DNA from: Octopus bimaculoides
Taxonomy: Eukaryota
DNA: 64,000 nt
Assembly (NCBI RefSeq): GCF_001194135.2
Contig: NC_068991.1
Coordinates: forward strand, 77,067,413-77,131,412
Direction: 5' to 3'
Made by a program: the position numbers and the translations under genes. This document shows positions 25,231 through 37,606 of this stretch, one piece after another (within the stretch, counting starts at the first letter, position 1; each line of letters starts with the position of its first letter). The notes under the pieces were generated by a model. It saw only the letters and a program-made list of their open reading frames with translations. It was not told the origin of the DNA and ran no database searches.

Positions 25231-25859
25231 CACCATTGATAAAGTGGAATATCTATGAATTTGTGATAAGTTATAATAATAGTTTAAATTGTTTGGATGG
25301 TTAACATTATCTTTTATGTATATATGTATGTCACAATATGTTTCAATCAGTCCAATCTTTGGTTATCAATATTATTATTATTACATTTATTGGTTGATTC
25401 CAGCAGTGGCAGACAGAGGGGAGGGGATGAAAAGTAATAGTCTTTGAAAGTTGCTGGCTCTGCATTGCTGTATGCATGTCTCTACCTAGAGGCCAAACCA
25501 TGCGCTTAGAGGTTAGCTTTGTAATCTCACTCCCTTTCTCTTGAGGCAAAATGAGAAAACACACACTAGAAAAGAAACTTGAAAATAATACCACATTAAT
25601 CCATAAACTAACAAAAATAGAATGCGGAATAATTACTGAATCAGTGCTTATCTATTGTTAAAACAGAATTTAAATCCATTGTTAAACAATTATGTTCACT
25701 TTGAAGATTTTTATGGCTCAGAGACAAACCCTCTAAATATTGACTCATTTATAATGTGCACTTTCATTGTATTAGAAGGATATTATTGTTTTCCCAAAAC
25801 GTATTCTAACCATTTCTTAATTGGTCATTCTGCTATGTATATGTATATTGCCTCACACC

Positions 25860-26517
25860 CTGTCTCATTACTTCTTTCTCTCCATTTCTCTTGGTTTTGA
25901 TTTTTACCATCTCTTCTTCCCATACCTTATTTTTACTCCTTTCTAACTTATATACAAACATATTCCATTCTCTCATTCCACTTGTTTTCATTATCATCTT
26001 CTCAACTTTTCTAATTCCTTTTCCTATCTTTTTCACTTGCACCTTTCTCTCCCATCTTCTACCACCTCTCTCCTACCCGCTTCCCATCTTGTGCAACACA
26101 CTCTTCTCATTCTCTCTCTCTCTTTCTCTCTCTCTCTCTTGTTCTCTTTCCACTTTCATCATTATCTCTCTTATACTTTCACTCCCTCCTTCATCCTTTC
26201 CTCTCTGTTTTTTTCTCTCTCTCTTTGTTACTCTTTTATTTCTCTTTCAGATTTCCTTCCTTCCTCTCGTTTTCTTCTCTTCTCTAATTCATTCATTCTT
26301 ACTTGAACTTTCTCCTTCACTGACCCTAACCGTTTCCTATACTTTTCTCCTTTCTCCTTATCCTGTCTCTCACTTTCAATCCTCTTTCCTCCCCCAAACT
26401 GCGTTGGCTCTTTCATCATATCCTTCTATCCCCTCATTCACCCCCACCATTACCCATTCTCCATTTTTACTGCATCATTTCTCTTTACTCTCTATTTCAA
26501 AGCTCTACCTCCATTGA
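25860..26517. repeat. Polypyrimidine (CT-rich) low-complexity tract
   Basis: Almost G-free plus strand; explains the 208-aa L/S/F-rich ORF. Confidence 0.85.
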
Positions 26518-26654
26518 AATGGTAGGACCCTATTACAGTCAGCTGATTCTGCTGCAGCTCCCTAAGCAGCTGACTGCAGATGCACTTTTATAACAACTTG
26601 CTATAGTTCTGGCTACTGTAAATACATCCATATTACACCCTTAATTATGCACGT

Positions 26655-26693
<39 letters not shown>

Positions 26694-27479
26694 CACACAC
26701 ACACACACGCGCACCATATATTCATGCTTGTATTTCAGATTGTATATAAAGGCTATATGTATAAATGTGCATATGTTTTATACATATATGTGTCTATGTG
26801 TGTGCATGTGTATAGAACATTTTTGGCCATAAATATTCTCCTCTCTTTTTGTATATGTCTAACTGTGTCTACTGGAGCCAGGGTAGTTAATGCCACGTTG
26901 ATAACTCCTACTGAGACAGAAGCATGTATTAACACCTGTACTCTTGTTCCCAGAAGGGAAAAAAAAGACTTTTCTTTGATTCCAGAAAATTGTTGATTGC
27001 TTGAGACTACTTCCCCTCTCCTTTCAGAGTAAATAAAAATTTACATACACACATGTAGATACACACACACACACACACTAGTATATTAGTGACAAACTGC
27101 AAGAATTAGCCCAACATTGCATGGGTGGATAAATATTCTTTGAATGGAAATCAGGGGCCTGGATTTCATTTGTCTTGTCATTTCAATACCACAGTATCAC
27201 TATCTGAAGGGTAGATTTGTCACCCATTCTTCACATTCTGATTAAATAACTGTGAACACAATCGCATGAGACCTATAATATTGAAAGTGTGTGTGTACTT
27301 AAAACCAGACCATAACCATTTCTCACAAGTATGGTGACTTGGGAGCATCTACCATGCTTTTGCCAATGGCTTTCGGTTCCTTTGTAGACACAGGCTGGCA
27401 ATGATATCTCTTTGGCCCACCCAACCTCGATCCAGCAGAACATTGAGGATGTAACTGATAGAGGAAGAGATGACTGCAC

Positions 27480-27620
27480 CAGCCCCTGACTGGTACTCAT
27501 TTTCAGCTAAGTAGACTGGGGCAATGTGAAATGAAGTACCTTACTTAAGGACACAATGCAGTACACAGCCAGGAATTGAACCTTCAGCTTTATGGTCATG
27601 AACTAACCACTCTAAGCCCT
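27480..27620 (-). mobile_element. Family E tRNA-headed SINE with CORE-like segment, degenerate
   Basis: Minus strand GCTTAGAGTGGTTAG...GGTTCAATTCC...GTGTCCTTAAGTAAAGGTACTTCATTTCACATTGCCCCAGT. Confidence 0.6.
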
Positions 27621-27649
27621 AATCTCTAGGCTATGTGTGTGTGTGTGTG

Positions 27650-28090
27650 TGCAGTTGTGTGATAAGAAAATTTTGTCCCAGCCATATGGTTCCAGGTTCA
27701 GTCCCACTGTATGGCACCTCAGGTAACTGTTTTCTACTATAGCCACAGGCTGACCGATACCTTATGATTGGATTTGGTAGATGGAAACTGAAAGAATCTC
27801 ATCATATGTGTATATATGTATATGTGTGTATGTGTGTGCATTGTGTGTGTTGCTGTCTCCTGGCCTTGATATCATGTGATAGTTGTAAATGAATGTCACT
27901 GTCTTGCAAGCAGTGTCATTTGTTTCCAATCTCCTGTGAAAACATGTCTGGTCGTGAGGAAATATTACCTTACTTAGAAATAAGTGAGAGTTGGTGACAG
28001 GGAAGACATCCAGCTGTAGAAAATTTGCCTGAACAAATTCCATCCAACTCATGTGAGCATGGAAAAGAGGAATGTTAAAACGATGATGAT
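27650..28090 (+). mobile_element. Family C SINE with tail 2
   Basis: Head/CORE at 27650-27800, TG microsatellite, tail ending GCATGGAAAAGAGGAATGTTAAAACGATGATGAT. Confidence 0.82.
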
Positions 28091-28099
28091 ATGCATGCA

Positions 28100-28310
28100 T
28101 GTGTTAATGATGGACCACAAATAAGATAAAAGAAAAACTGAACCTGCCAGGAGTCAAATGTAGTGCGGGAGAGAGAGAAGACTGCATTCATGTGGGTTGG
28201 ACATGTGATATTAATGGAGGAGGCCAGCTGTATAAAGAAGTGCTGCACATTGAAGTGAATGGATCCTGTGGAAGAGAGAAACTTGGGATGCCCTGCTCTT
28301 TTATCCAAGC
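28100..28310 (+). mobile_element. RTE LINE ORF2 C-terminal fragment
   Basis: Frameshifted translation IKEKLNLPGVKCS..ERRL...VGHVILMEEASCIKKC..VNGSCGR. Confidence 0.7.
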
Positions 28311-28324
28311 ATAGAAACTGGGAT

Positions 28325-28402
<78 letters not shown>

Positions 28403-28764
28403 NNNNNNNNNNNNNNNNNNNNNNNNNNNNNNNNNNNNNNNNNNNNNNNNNNNNNNNNNNNNNNNNNNNNNNNNNNNNNNNNNNNNNNNNNNNNNNNNNN
28501 NNNNNNNNNNNNNNNNNNNNNNNNNNNNNNNNNNNNNNNNNNNNNNNNNNNNNNNNNNNNNNNNNNNNNNNNNNNNNNNNNNNNNNNNNNNNNNNNNNNN
28601 NNNNNNNNNNNNNNNNNNNNNNNNNNNNNNNNNNNNNNNNNNNNNNNNNNNNNNNNNNNNNNNNNNNNNNNNNNNNNNNNNNNNNNNNNNNNNNNNNNNN
28701 NNNNNNNNNNNNNNNNNNNNNNNNNNNNNNNNNNNNNATATATATATGTATATATATATATATT

Positions 28765-28801
<37 letters not shown>

Positions 28802-29354
28802 ATGCATGTATGCATATGCATGTATGTATGTGTATGTATATGCTTACCATCAAGTATACATGATTGGCCTCTGTGTTTCTGACAGCTGCACCTCTTCCCT
28901 AGCACCCTAACCCCTCTATTACACATCTCTCAATCACCATCATTCATATCGTTGTCATTCACTCAGTGTAATCTATTTAGGCTTTAGTCGGGGTTGAGAG
29001 GCCTCTCTAGCATTTTTGAAGACCTAACAACCTCTCTAGCGCTGCTACCATCAAAAGTGAACCCAGTTCTTTTGATTTTACTTGTTTTTCCATGCTAGCA
29101 TAGGTCCATCGGTTAGACAAATGAATATATTACTATGGCATTCTCTTACAATTGGATGCCCTTCCTGACACTGACCCTAATTTTTGATGTAAAAGTCCTT
29201 TTACTTCGCATATCTTCAAAGGCAGGAAACAAAAGGACAAATATTGGTAGGAGAAATGCAAAAACCAACATGCTCAAATGTCACAACTTTTGCACATAGG
29301 AGCATAGATGTAAACAAGTACAGGCACACATATGTGCTTGCACACTTTCATATA

Positions 29355-29762
29355 CATCATCATCATCACCATCATCGTTTAACGTCCGCTTTCCATGCTA
29401 GCATGGGTTGGACGATTTGACTGAGGACTGGTGAAACCGGATGGCAACACCAGGCTCCAATCTGATTTGGCAGAGTTTCTACAGCTGGATGCCCTTCCTA
29501 ACGCCAACCACTCAGAGAGTGTAGTGGGTGATTTTACGTGTCACNNNNNNNNNNGGCTCCAATCTGATTTGGCAGAGTTTCTACAGCTGGATGCCCTTCC
29601 TAACGCCAACCACTCAGAGAGTGTAGTGGGTGATTTTACGTGTCACCCGCACGAAGGCCAGTCAGGCGGTACTGGCAACGGTCACGCTCAAAATGGTGTA
29701 TTTTATGTGCCACCTGCACAAGAGCCAGTCCAGGGGCACTGGCAACAATCTCGCTCGAAAAT
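29355..29762 (-). mobile_element. Family A retroposon, young; contains a 10-N gap with duplicated flanks
   Basis: Reverse complement nearly identical to 7313-7552. Confidence 0.9.
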
Positions 29763-30569
29763 CCTACATATGTATGTATAGCTATATGCATGTAACATAT
29801 AGAAGTAGAGTAACTTATTGATATAGTCTTGATATAACATAGATCATTGTTACTTGGTGTTCTACTTTCGTCTTATTCTAGGCATTACATGCAAAAACAT
29901 ACAAACATACACATGCACACACTCTCTCTCTCTCACGCACATACATACATTAATTATTTATATCTACATTTTATAAGTATAGTCCCAACAATCATCAGAA
30001 AATAAACACTCTGCTATTTCATTTATATTTAAAATAAAGAACAGAGTTAAAATTCTATACTTATGTCAAATATTTTAATTATATTCCGTATGTATGCTCT
30101 TACCATAAGAAAAAACTATTAAATTATAAATGCATAAACACTTTACTTATTTAACAAACAATTATTTTTATCAATTAATATCATAACTATAATAATAATT
30201 ATAACAATTAAGCTAATTAAAATTCATTGAATAAAATATTGTTTGCCTGAATAATATATGTTCAAAATATTTATTAGTTTGTGAAAAAGCTTATTATTTT
30301 ATAGTAAACTGAATGGTGCCTATGATATAGCTAGAGGTAACTAGTGATTTACAGAATCATCTGTAGTTGGGTATGGAGTTACACCATTCATAGCAGTTGG
30401 AAGACACAGGGTACAGAATAAAAGATAGAAGACAGAAATGGTGTAGCTGTTAATGAACTACTAATGGATTAACCATTAGTGAAATGAGTACAGGCCTTTA
30501 ATTTGAAATATTTCTCTGGTTTATTGATATTATTGTCATAAAATAGCAATATCATCTCTTACAACTGTA

Positions 30570-30740
30570 TATGTATGTATGTATGTATGTATGTATGCAT
30601 GTATGTATGTATGCATGCATGTGTGCATGTATGTATGTATGTAATGTATGTATGTATGTAANNNNNNNNNNGTAATGTATGTATGTATGTAATGTATGTA
30701 TGTATGTATGTATGTAATGTATGTATGTATGTATGTATAT
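30570..30740. repeat. (GTAT)n tetranucleotide repeat with a small gap
   Basis: Directly visible. Confidence 0.92.
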
Positions 30741-30749
30741 ATGTTCGTT

Positions 30750-31385
30750 CCTCCAGCTCCCCAGCACTGCTTTGTCCTAGCCTCTGCTAACTATATCATT
30801 GCTGTCCTGCCACACCCCTATCCACCCATGCTCACCATTTGCTACATTCCCCTTTCCCCCCTCCCTCTATTTTCTAGTCTCTTCTTAAACTCCTTTGATC
30901 GCCTTACTCACTCACCCTGCCCAGTCCACTGTGCCACTCCACTTACATTCACCTCCCTGAGCCTGAGGGTATTCCCTGGCACAACTTCACTACCACCCCA
31001 TTTCTCTCTCTCTTTCTGTCTGTCAGTCTGTCTCTCTCTCCTCTGACACTTGTACCCATGTATCTCCTCTACAAAAAGATACCTGCTTCTGTCCCTCTAT
31101 CATAGCTTAACCTTTCATCCCCTGGCATACAGCCACCTCTCTCAATACTATTCTTCTCTTAGTTGAGGAATCATTGTCTTTGTCTTGCATATCATTTGGT
31201 GACCTCACCCATGCTGGTGCCATATAAAAAGCACTCAGTACACTCTGTAAAACAATTGGCTTTGGGAAAGGTTTCCAACCATAGAAACCATGCCAAAGCA
31301 GTCAGAAGAACTTGGCACAGTCCTCTGGTTAGCCAGCTCCTGTCCAACCATCCAGCCCCTGCCAATATGGGAAACATGGTCATTA
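30750..31385 (+). mobile_element. Long family A-related copy (CT-rich body + diverged A tail)
   Basis: AGATACCTGCTT...AACCTTTCATCCCCTGGCATACAGCCACC (31077-31140) is homologous to the reverse complement of 39935-40000; A-type tail at 31200-31380. Confidence 0.65.
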
Positions 31386-31469
31386 TATATATGTATTACA
31401 AGAGAAAAAGAGAGGGAAATAAACTGTTTTCCTCTTCTGTAGGTTTTACTAATTTGGTGTCCTTAGTAC

Positions 31470-32080
31470 TTTAGTATGCAGCAGTCATTTCTCATACACA
31501 TCATACATCTGTACCAGTGTAGCCTCTTCTTTTACATATCACATGTGATAACTCTTATCCCCAGTTTTCCTCTCAGCTCAGGAATACTTTTGTGAAGCAT
31601 GCTGACTTCATTTCTTTCTAGTCTTTGTAAGTTTCATGATTTCCTACCATGCAACATTATGGATCTAACACAAGCATCAAACAGTCTTCCTGTCACTCAG
31701 AAAAATTTTTGTTGCCAGCTGCGGTAATATCTCCTTGAATTTTTTCCAGTTAATGCTTAGTCTGGCCTCTGTATTTTCTGGGCAACTTTCTCACCTGCTG
31801 ATTATGTCTTCTAGCTAACAGAAGCCATCAGCTACTTCTAGTGAGCCATTTGGGCATTTACGAAAATCTATTTTTGATATGTTCCTAGTGTGTATATTAC
31901 TCCAAAACAACTGCTACATTCAGAGCTTGTGTTCCCTTTTAGCCTGCCTCTGATTTCACTCTACTTCCTGTGTGCCCTTAGCTTATATTGAGTTCAGCAT
32001 ACCTACTTCTTTTTTGCATAATGAGCAGGGCCATTTCCATGATGATACTGGGGCCCTATCGTCTTTCCTTCTTACTAACA
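31470..32080 (-). mobile_element. RTE LINE ORF2 fragment, pseudogenised
   Basis: Minus translation KWPCSLCKKEVG...LEVADGFC*LEDIIS...EARLSINWKKFKEILPQL...GRLFDACVRSIMLHG...RLERNE..MLH...KRLHWY, the RTE post-RT motif series. Confidence 0.9.
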
Positions 32081-33904
32081 CCTATTAAATATTATGTATG
32101 TTAAATGTTTGCCATAAACTCAATGAACAGCATACCTCAGGCTTTTATATTAGAGCTCTCTGTCTCTTGTACTAATTGCCTTCACCATGGCTTAGAGATC
32201 AACCCACTCTGGTTGGCTAAATGAGCACCTAGGCATCAAACCAGGTATTTCCAAGCCCTCATGCATATATTCTAAATATATCCTGTAATTGGTCGGCTGC
32301 TGACTCTTTTGAGTTCCACTACTTTTTGACATGTCAGGTTTTCCATTCCACTGGGAATCCAAACGCTATCTTACTCACCAAGCAGGCTGGGTGGTATTGT
32401 TGATTTAGTCAGCAATGGTCCAACCATTGCAATGGGCTGTACTGGGTTATGTGTTACCAGTTGCACTCAATAGCAGTAATGTGTGTGTGTGTGTGCATGA
32501 GGTCAGCTCAAAACTTACCTGCTTCTGGTCATTTTGTAAATCCTCACCACTTGTTTCATAGTTGAGCCAATGGCTGCTGAAATGGTAATGCTACTCCCAG
32601 TTCTCCCGTGTATTGCTGACAAATCTTTAAAAAATAGTATCAGAAAACACACAAGCATGCATGCATGTGCATGTGCAAAAATTTCAGTTTAAATTTCAAA
32701 TATTTCTCTCCCTTTTCAGGTTGAAGTTTTGAACAGGTAAATGAAAAAGATTTCCATATGTGATAATAGGAATCTCAATTTGAAAAAGAAAAAAAAAAAA
32801 AAGGAAAAATTCAAATTCAAAGTTGTGTTGAAATTTAATTTAGAAAGAAAGACAAAACAAAATCAAATCAATAACAAGGTTTCAGCTTGTATCTGAATGC
32901 TGGCTTTAATTATAGTTTTAATTTCATCTTTTTTCTCTTCCAGCTAATTTTGGTTTATGAAAATGACTTAGTTTTATAATTTTGAAATATCAAACTTTAA
33001 AAAAATGTAAAACTTCAATCAAAACGCCTATTCACAAATGAGCTTATATGTGAATGTATTTATATCTAAAAAAAAACAAAAAACAAACCCCAAAAACTAT
33101 ATATAAACATATTTAGCTGTATATATATTTATTAAAATTGTATATTAAATAAATAGATAAATAAATCAACTCTATACTATACATTGAGTACACTTTCTTA
33201 CTAGTGCAACATAATCTATTGGTACACACACATACATGCATATTTGAATAAGTTTTGAATTAATAACTAAGATTTTTAATATTCAATATATTAATGGGCA
33301 CACATTTGTAGACAACAATTCAAGAGCAAAATGTAACCATCTGCTGATAGAAATTGAACTGTTTCTTACCTTACCAGCAAAATGTACTAGTATTTCACCT
33401 CAGGAGTTTTGCATAGTTTCTCTTTCAGATTGAACTACAAATGTTTTATCTGCAGTGTCAACATTTATTGCAACACAGAATAACATGTGTCACCTGGAAT
33501 TAGCTAAGTAACTTATCGAGAGAGAATAATGCATGCAGTTTAATATTGTATATATTTTCTTCAGAATGCATCCCTCATTCAGTTTCTAACTTATAATAAT
33601 TCATGGTGACTGGAGTGGTTTCCTATTACTTTCTCTAGGTAGGCATGAAGCTTAAAGTTTTTATGGCTGGGGGAAATATCATTTTTTATGATTATGCCTT
33701 TTAAAAAGTGTTGGAGATTTGGTTTGCCAAAAGTTAATATTCTACACCTGGGTGCACACTCCTTTATACGTATCTTTCTGTGCACATGTGCATCTGCATA
33801 ATGTATTTTGGAATAGTTATCTTTACCAATAATTTGCTAATATCTAATGAAACCTACATGTTATTATTCATGATATGCATGAATGTTTTACATTTGGAGT
33901 GAAT

Positions 33905-34222
33905 TTCCTTGACACTAGGTCACAACCAGTTTCCTTAGATATCAAGGACCTTTTTTACAATACTCGCTGTTCTCAACAGAACAGATTTATAAATTAATGC
34001 AACTCTTGTAGTTACACCAAATTGAATAAGAGAAATGTTAAGTCTGTTGGTGACAGTACTTAAAGCACCTCTAACAACTGGGATTACTTTTTTAGGAACC
34101 CTCCAGAGTTTTTATATTTCCCTAACCAAATCCTATTTTCTCCTGTTCTTTGACTGCTACATTCATGTCTACCGATAAAGCCACATCTATGACAATGCAC
34201 TCTTTTTTTCCCTTGTCCAGAA
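33905..34222 (-). mobile_element. R4/Dong-like LINE 3' fragment (restriction-like endonuclease end), old
   Basis: Minus translation ILDKGKKECIVIDVALSVDMNVAVKEQEKI..KVIPVVRGALSTVTNRL..KSVLLRTASIVKKVLDI*. Confidence 0.8.
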
Positions 34223-34224
34223 TG

Positions 34225-34275
<51 letters not shown>

Positions 34276-34284
34276 AAAAAAAAA

Positions 34285-34596
34285 ATTCAGACAAATACAT
34301 AACAAAAACACCAGGACTTACAAATATATATAACATACAGAAAATTGCACTACTGGGTACTGCACACATTCTATGCAAAGCACTTTCAATACAGTAAACA
34401 TAAGAGCACCACAGCAAACCNNNNNNNNNNAACATACAGAAAATTGCACTACTGGGTACTGCACACATTCTATGCAAAGCACTTTCAATACAGTAAACAT
34501 AAGAGCACCACAGCAAACCACAGCACATACCCAAGGCGCACAGAGCTGCGCTCGGTAGTGAAGTGAAAGCACGTTATAAAAATAAAACTACTGAAC

Positions 34597-34632
<36 letters not shown>
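34285..34632 (+). mobile_element. R4/Dong-like LINE 3' end between two (AAT)n runs
   Basis: Translation KTPGLTNIYNIQKIALLGTAHILCKALSIQ*, short 3' UTR, (AAT)n at 34221-34270 and 34597-34632. Confidence 0.88.
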
Positions 34633-34869
34633 TGATAATGTATGTAGCTTTACATCCTAAAACCTGACAATGTATAGCTGGGCATGTGAAACAAAATGTG
34701 CTCCCTTGGTATATAAGTGTGTTGGTGTGTGTTGTTTAGAATATAAAAGGAGTTTAATTGCATCTTGTCTTATCTATATTGTTTTAGTACCAGGATGCAG
34801 TGTGCACATTGGAGTTTCCTTTGATGATGTTGGGTCGTGTTAAAGTATATAACTTGACGGGATGGTATT

Positions 34870-35060
34870 TCAGTTGCAAATCAACTGTGTAGACTTGTGA
34901 TCAAAGACATTCCAACTATGACTGTCATCACTTGTTTCAGACATATCCATTTCCAAGGCTGTAGTGCGTGTGTGTGNNNNNNNNNNGTGGGGGGGGGGGT
35001 GAGGATATTTAGCTGCCATTTCTAGCAGATCTTGTGATTGTATAGAGTCTCCCTCATTGA
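34870..35060 (-). mobile_element. Family F repeat
   Basis: GTAGACTTGTGATCAAAGACATTCCAACTATGAC...TTTAGCTGCCATTTCTAGCAG...TCTCCCTCATTG. Confidence 0.55.
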
Positions 35061-36540
35061 ATCTTAGTATGATGGTTCATGAGAATTTTGGTGGTGTGTA
35101 CATATTAATGTTTTTGCTGGCTTTTATCTGGTATACTCACATTACTCACGTGTTGCTATGTTGCATTTGTGAGTGTGTGTTGGCAGCATCTATATTCTAA
35201 ATGCTTATTATGTATGTTATGAGATACCTGAATGGTTTATTTTGTCCTGGCTTATTGAGGTATATTATAGATTTGAAGGTACTATTCTTGGGGTTCAGTT
35301 TTATGTCATTACAATATAAATGTCATGTGTGATAATTTTTTTAGCACGAACATGTTTTCTTTGCTGTTTGTGTCATACATAAATATGTTAGACTTCTTTC
35401 ACAACTCACATGCATACACATGTTATATAAATATCCGTGCACTCTAAATATGTGTATGTATATTAAGCTTATGTTTTAGATATATTTTCATGACATATTC
35501 ATTTATATTTGCATGTGCATACCACACACGCACACTCAAATTCACACACATACACACAAATTCACACACATACACAGAAATTCACACACATACACACACT
35601 CTTGTATGAAGGAAAATGAAACTTTAAAAGAGCATGTCAACCAGCTGACACAGCATGCTTTTCACTGCAGTGCTGTGCATGGATTACCTTAACTGTCTTT
35701 CTAATAATATCCATACCACACTGTCAAATTAGTTGTTCTTATACGTGAACCAGAGTGTTTGGCTTTGTTTGTTGCAAGGTGAATAATGAAAAGATTTGCA
35801 AGGACAACATATTTATGTGAAATTTTGTTTCAGATGGAGAAAACGTTTTACAGGGACTTGTTAAATGTTGAATCTGGTTTATGAGGAGGATTGTTATCAC
35901 TAGTATTACCAGTGTTTCAAATAAAAAACATTCACCAAAGGTGATCCCTTATTTGGATAGCTTTCCATGACAATGGGCAATATCACATTGATAAGGTTCA
36001 CGCTGGCATCATTGAAAATCATTGCATGACTCTCTTTGAAATTTCTAAATATACAAGAATCTGTAAAAGTCTGTGACATATGATTTTAAAATGAAAATTA
36101 AAGATTTAACATATTTATTATAGGTATGTGCATATTTGTCTATTATCAATGTATTACACTGTTTGTATCTGTTTTCTTTTTGTTTTTTTTCCTCCCTTCT
36201 GTCTTTAGTCGTCATGTTGTGTGATGTGGTGGTGGGTGTTATTGTTCCATTCGTGTTTTCTGTTGAGGCTTGGTTTATCTATTGCTATGTGTGTAGCCTC
36301 TGTGACCTGTCTAAATGTCGTGTCAGTTCTCTGCATTGATAATACTTTAATCTCACGCATCCACCACCACACCACATGACGATTCGATTAAAGACAGAAG
36401 GGAGAAAACCCCCTCCCCAAAAAACCTACAAACAGTGTAATACACACACAATAGACAAATATGCACATACCTATGATAAATATAAGAAATAGAAATATAT
36501 ATTAAAAAAAACTGTATAAAGATTTAACAGATTGCTGCTG

Positions 36541-37260
36541 AACTTATTTACTGATGAACAGAAAGAGAACTAAATCACAGTCAATTAGGAGCTGTTTTGG
36601 TTGTTTGAAGGCTGATGTAAACATTCTGCAAAGTGTCATAACAAGTAGCAAAACATAGGTGCACAGCCATGATGTTGAAAGAAGAAACACAATCATTGCA
36701 GAGAGCTTGAAAATTGTCACTGCAACCAAAGAAAGTTTGTCAGACTTGCTCAGACATGAAAATGATGTTTGTTGACTTTTTTGATTTGAAAGAATTTGTT
36801 TTACATATTCAACTGATCAGTAAAAAGTTTTATTTGAATGTCTCGAGGGATGGGATTGATATGAGGCAATGCAAAGAAAAAGACGATGATGAGACAAAGA
36901 AAATGTAGATGCTGCACCACAACAATATATTTATTATGTGTCAATGTTTGTCTGTCTTTTTTGGCAAAGCACGAAATAACTCTCATCCTTGGCTGCCTTG
37001 TTCTCTAGATTTTGGCCCCTGCTCTGTTTTTTTTTTTTTTGTTTCCAATATGGAAATCAACTATGAAAGGTTGCTGATTTCAAATGATGAAAGGTAAAGA
37101 TATTAAAGAAAATTCACCGCAAAGGTTGCACACTACCACTGAAAATGTATCTCAAAGCAGATTCCAAAAACGGGCAACTAGGAAGAATGCTGGAAGTGGT
37201 GTATCAACAGCAGCAGGAACGGTTTTCAAGGAGAAAAGTCTGATTAAATTATAAATAAAT
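36541..37260 (+). mobile_element. Mariner (Tc1/mariner) transposase pseudogene, 3' two-thirds
   Basis: Frameshifted translation LFTDEQKEN*ITVN*EL..ADVNILQSVITSSKT*VHSHDVE..MLHHNN..HPWLPCSLDFGPCSVFFF..ECWKWCIN..GFQGEK, the decayed ITGDETW / LHHDNA / HPPYSPDLAP series. Confidence 0.87.
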
Positions 37261-37305
37261 TGGCTTTTTTAAAATTTTAATTTCATTTCAGATACATGCA
37301 CGCAT

Positions 37306-37375
<70 letters not shown>

Positions 37376-37444
37376 CAATTTCCAGTATTGTGCAGGTTTG
37401 TAAATAACTCGTATATTTACACCTGTGAATAAAAAGACTAAGAT

Positions 37445-37606
37445 GCAGGCATGGCTGTGTGGTTAAAAAGATTTCTTTCCAGCCATGTGGTTTTAAATTC
37501 AGTCCCACTGTGTGGCATCTTGAACAAGTGTCTTCTACGTACGGCACCAAAACAACTAAAACCTTGAGAGTGAGTATAGGTGGAGAGAAACTGAAGGTAG
37601 CTTGTC
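37445..37606 (+). mobile_element. Family C SINE head/CORE, degenerate
   Basis: GCAGGCATGGCTGTGTGGTTAA...AATTCAGTCCCACTGTGTGGCATCTTGAACAAGTGTCTTCTAC. Confidence 0.75.

Noticed and set aside
25891-26517. 208-aa hydrophobic ORF resembling a membrane protein
   Set aside because: By-product of a CT-rich tract that lacks stop codons; L/S/F/P composition only.
28075-28926. Several long ORFs (163-283 aa), and similar ones at 5512-5993 and 58939-59451
   Set aside because: They span N gaps and microsatellites.
29453-29646. 92-bp perfect direct repeat inside a family A copy
   Set aside because: The two copies flank a 10-N gap exactly, which is typical of an overlapping-contig scaffolding artefact.
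34332-34519. 89-bp perfect direct repeat in the R4-like 3' end
   Set aside because: Same pattern: identical flanks on a 10-N gap.
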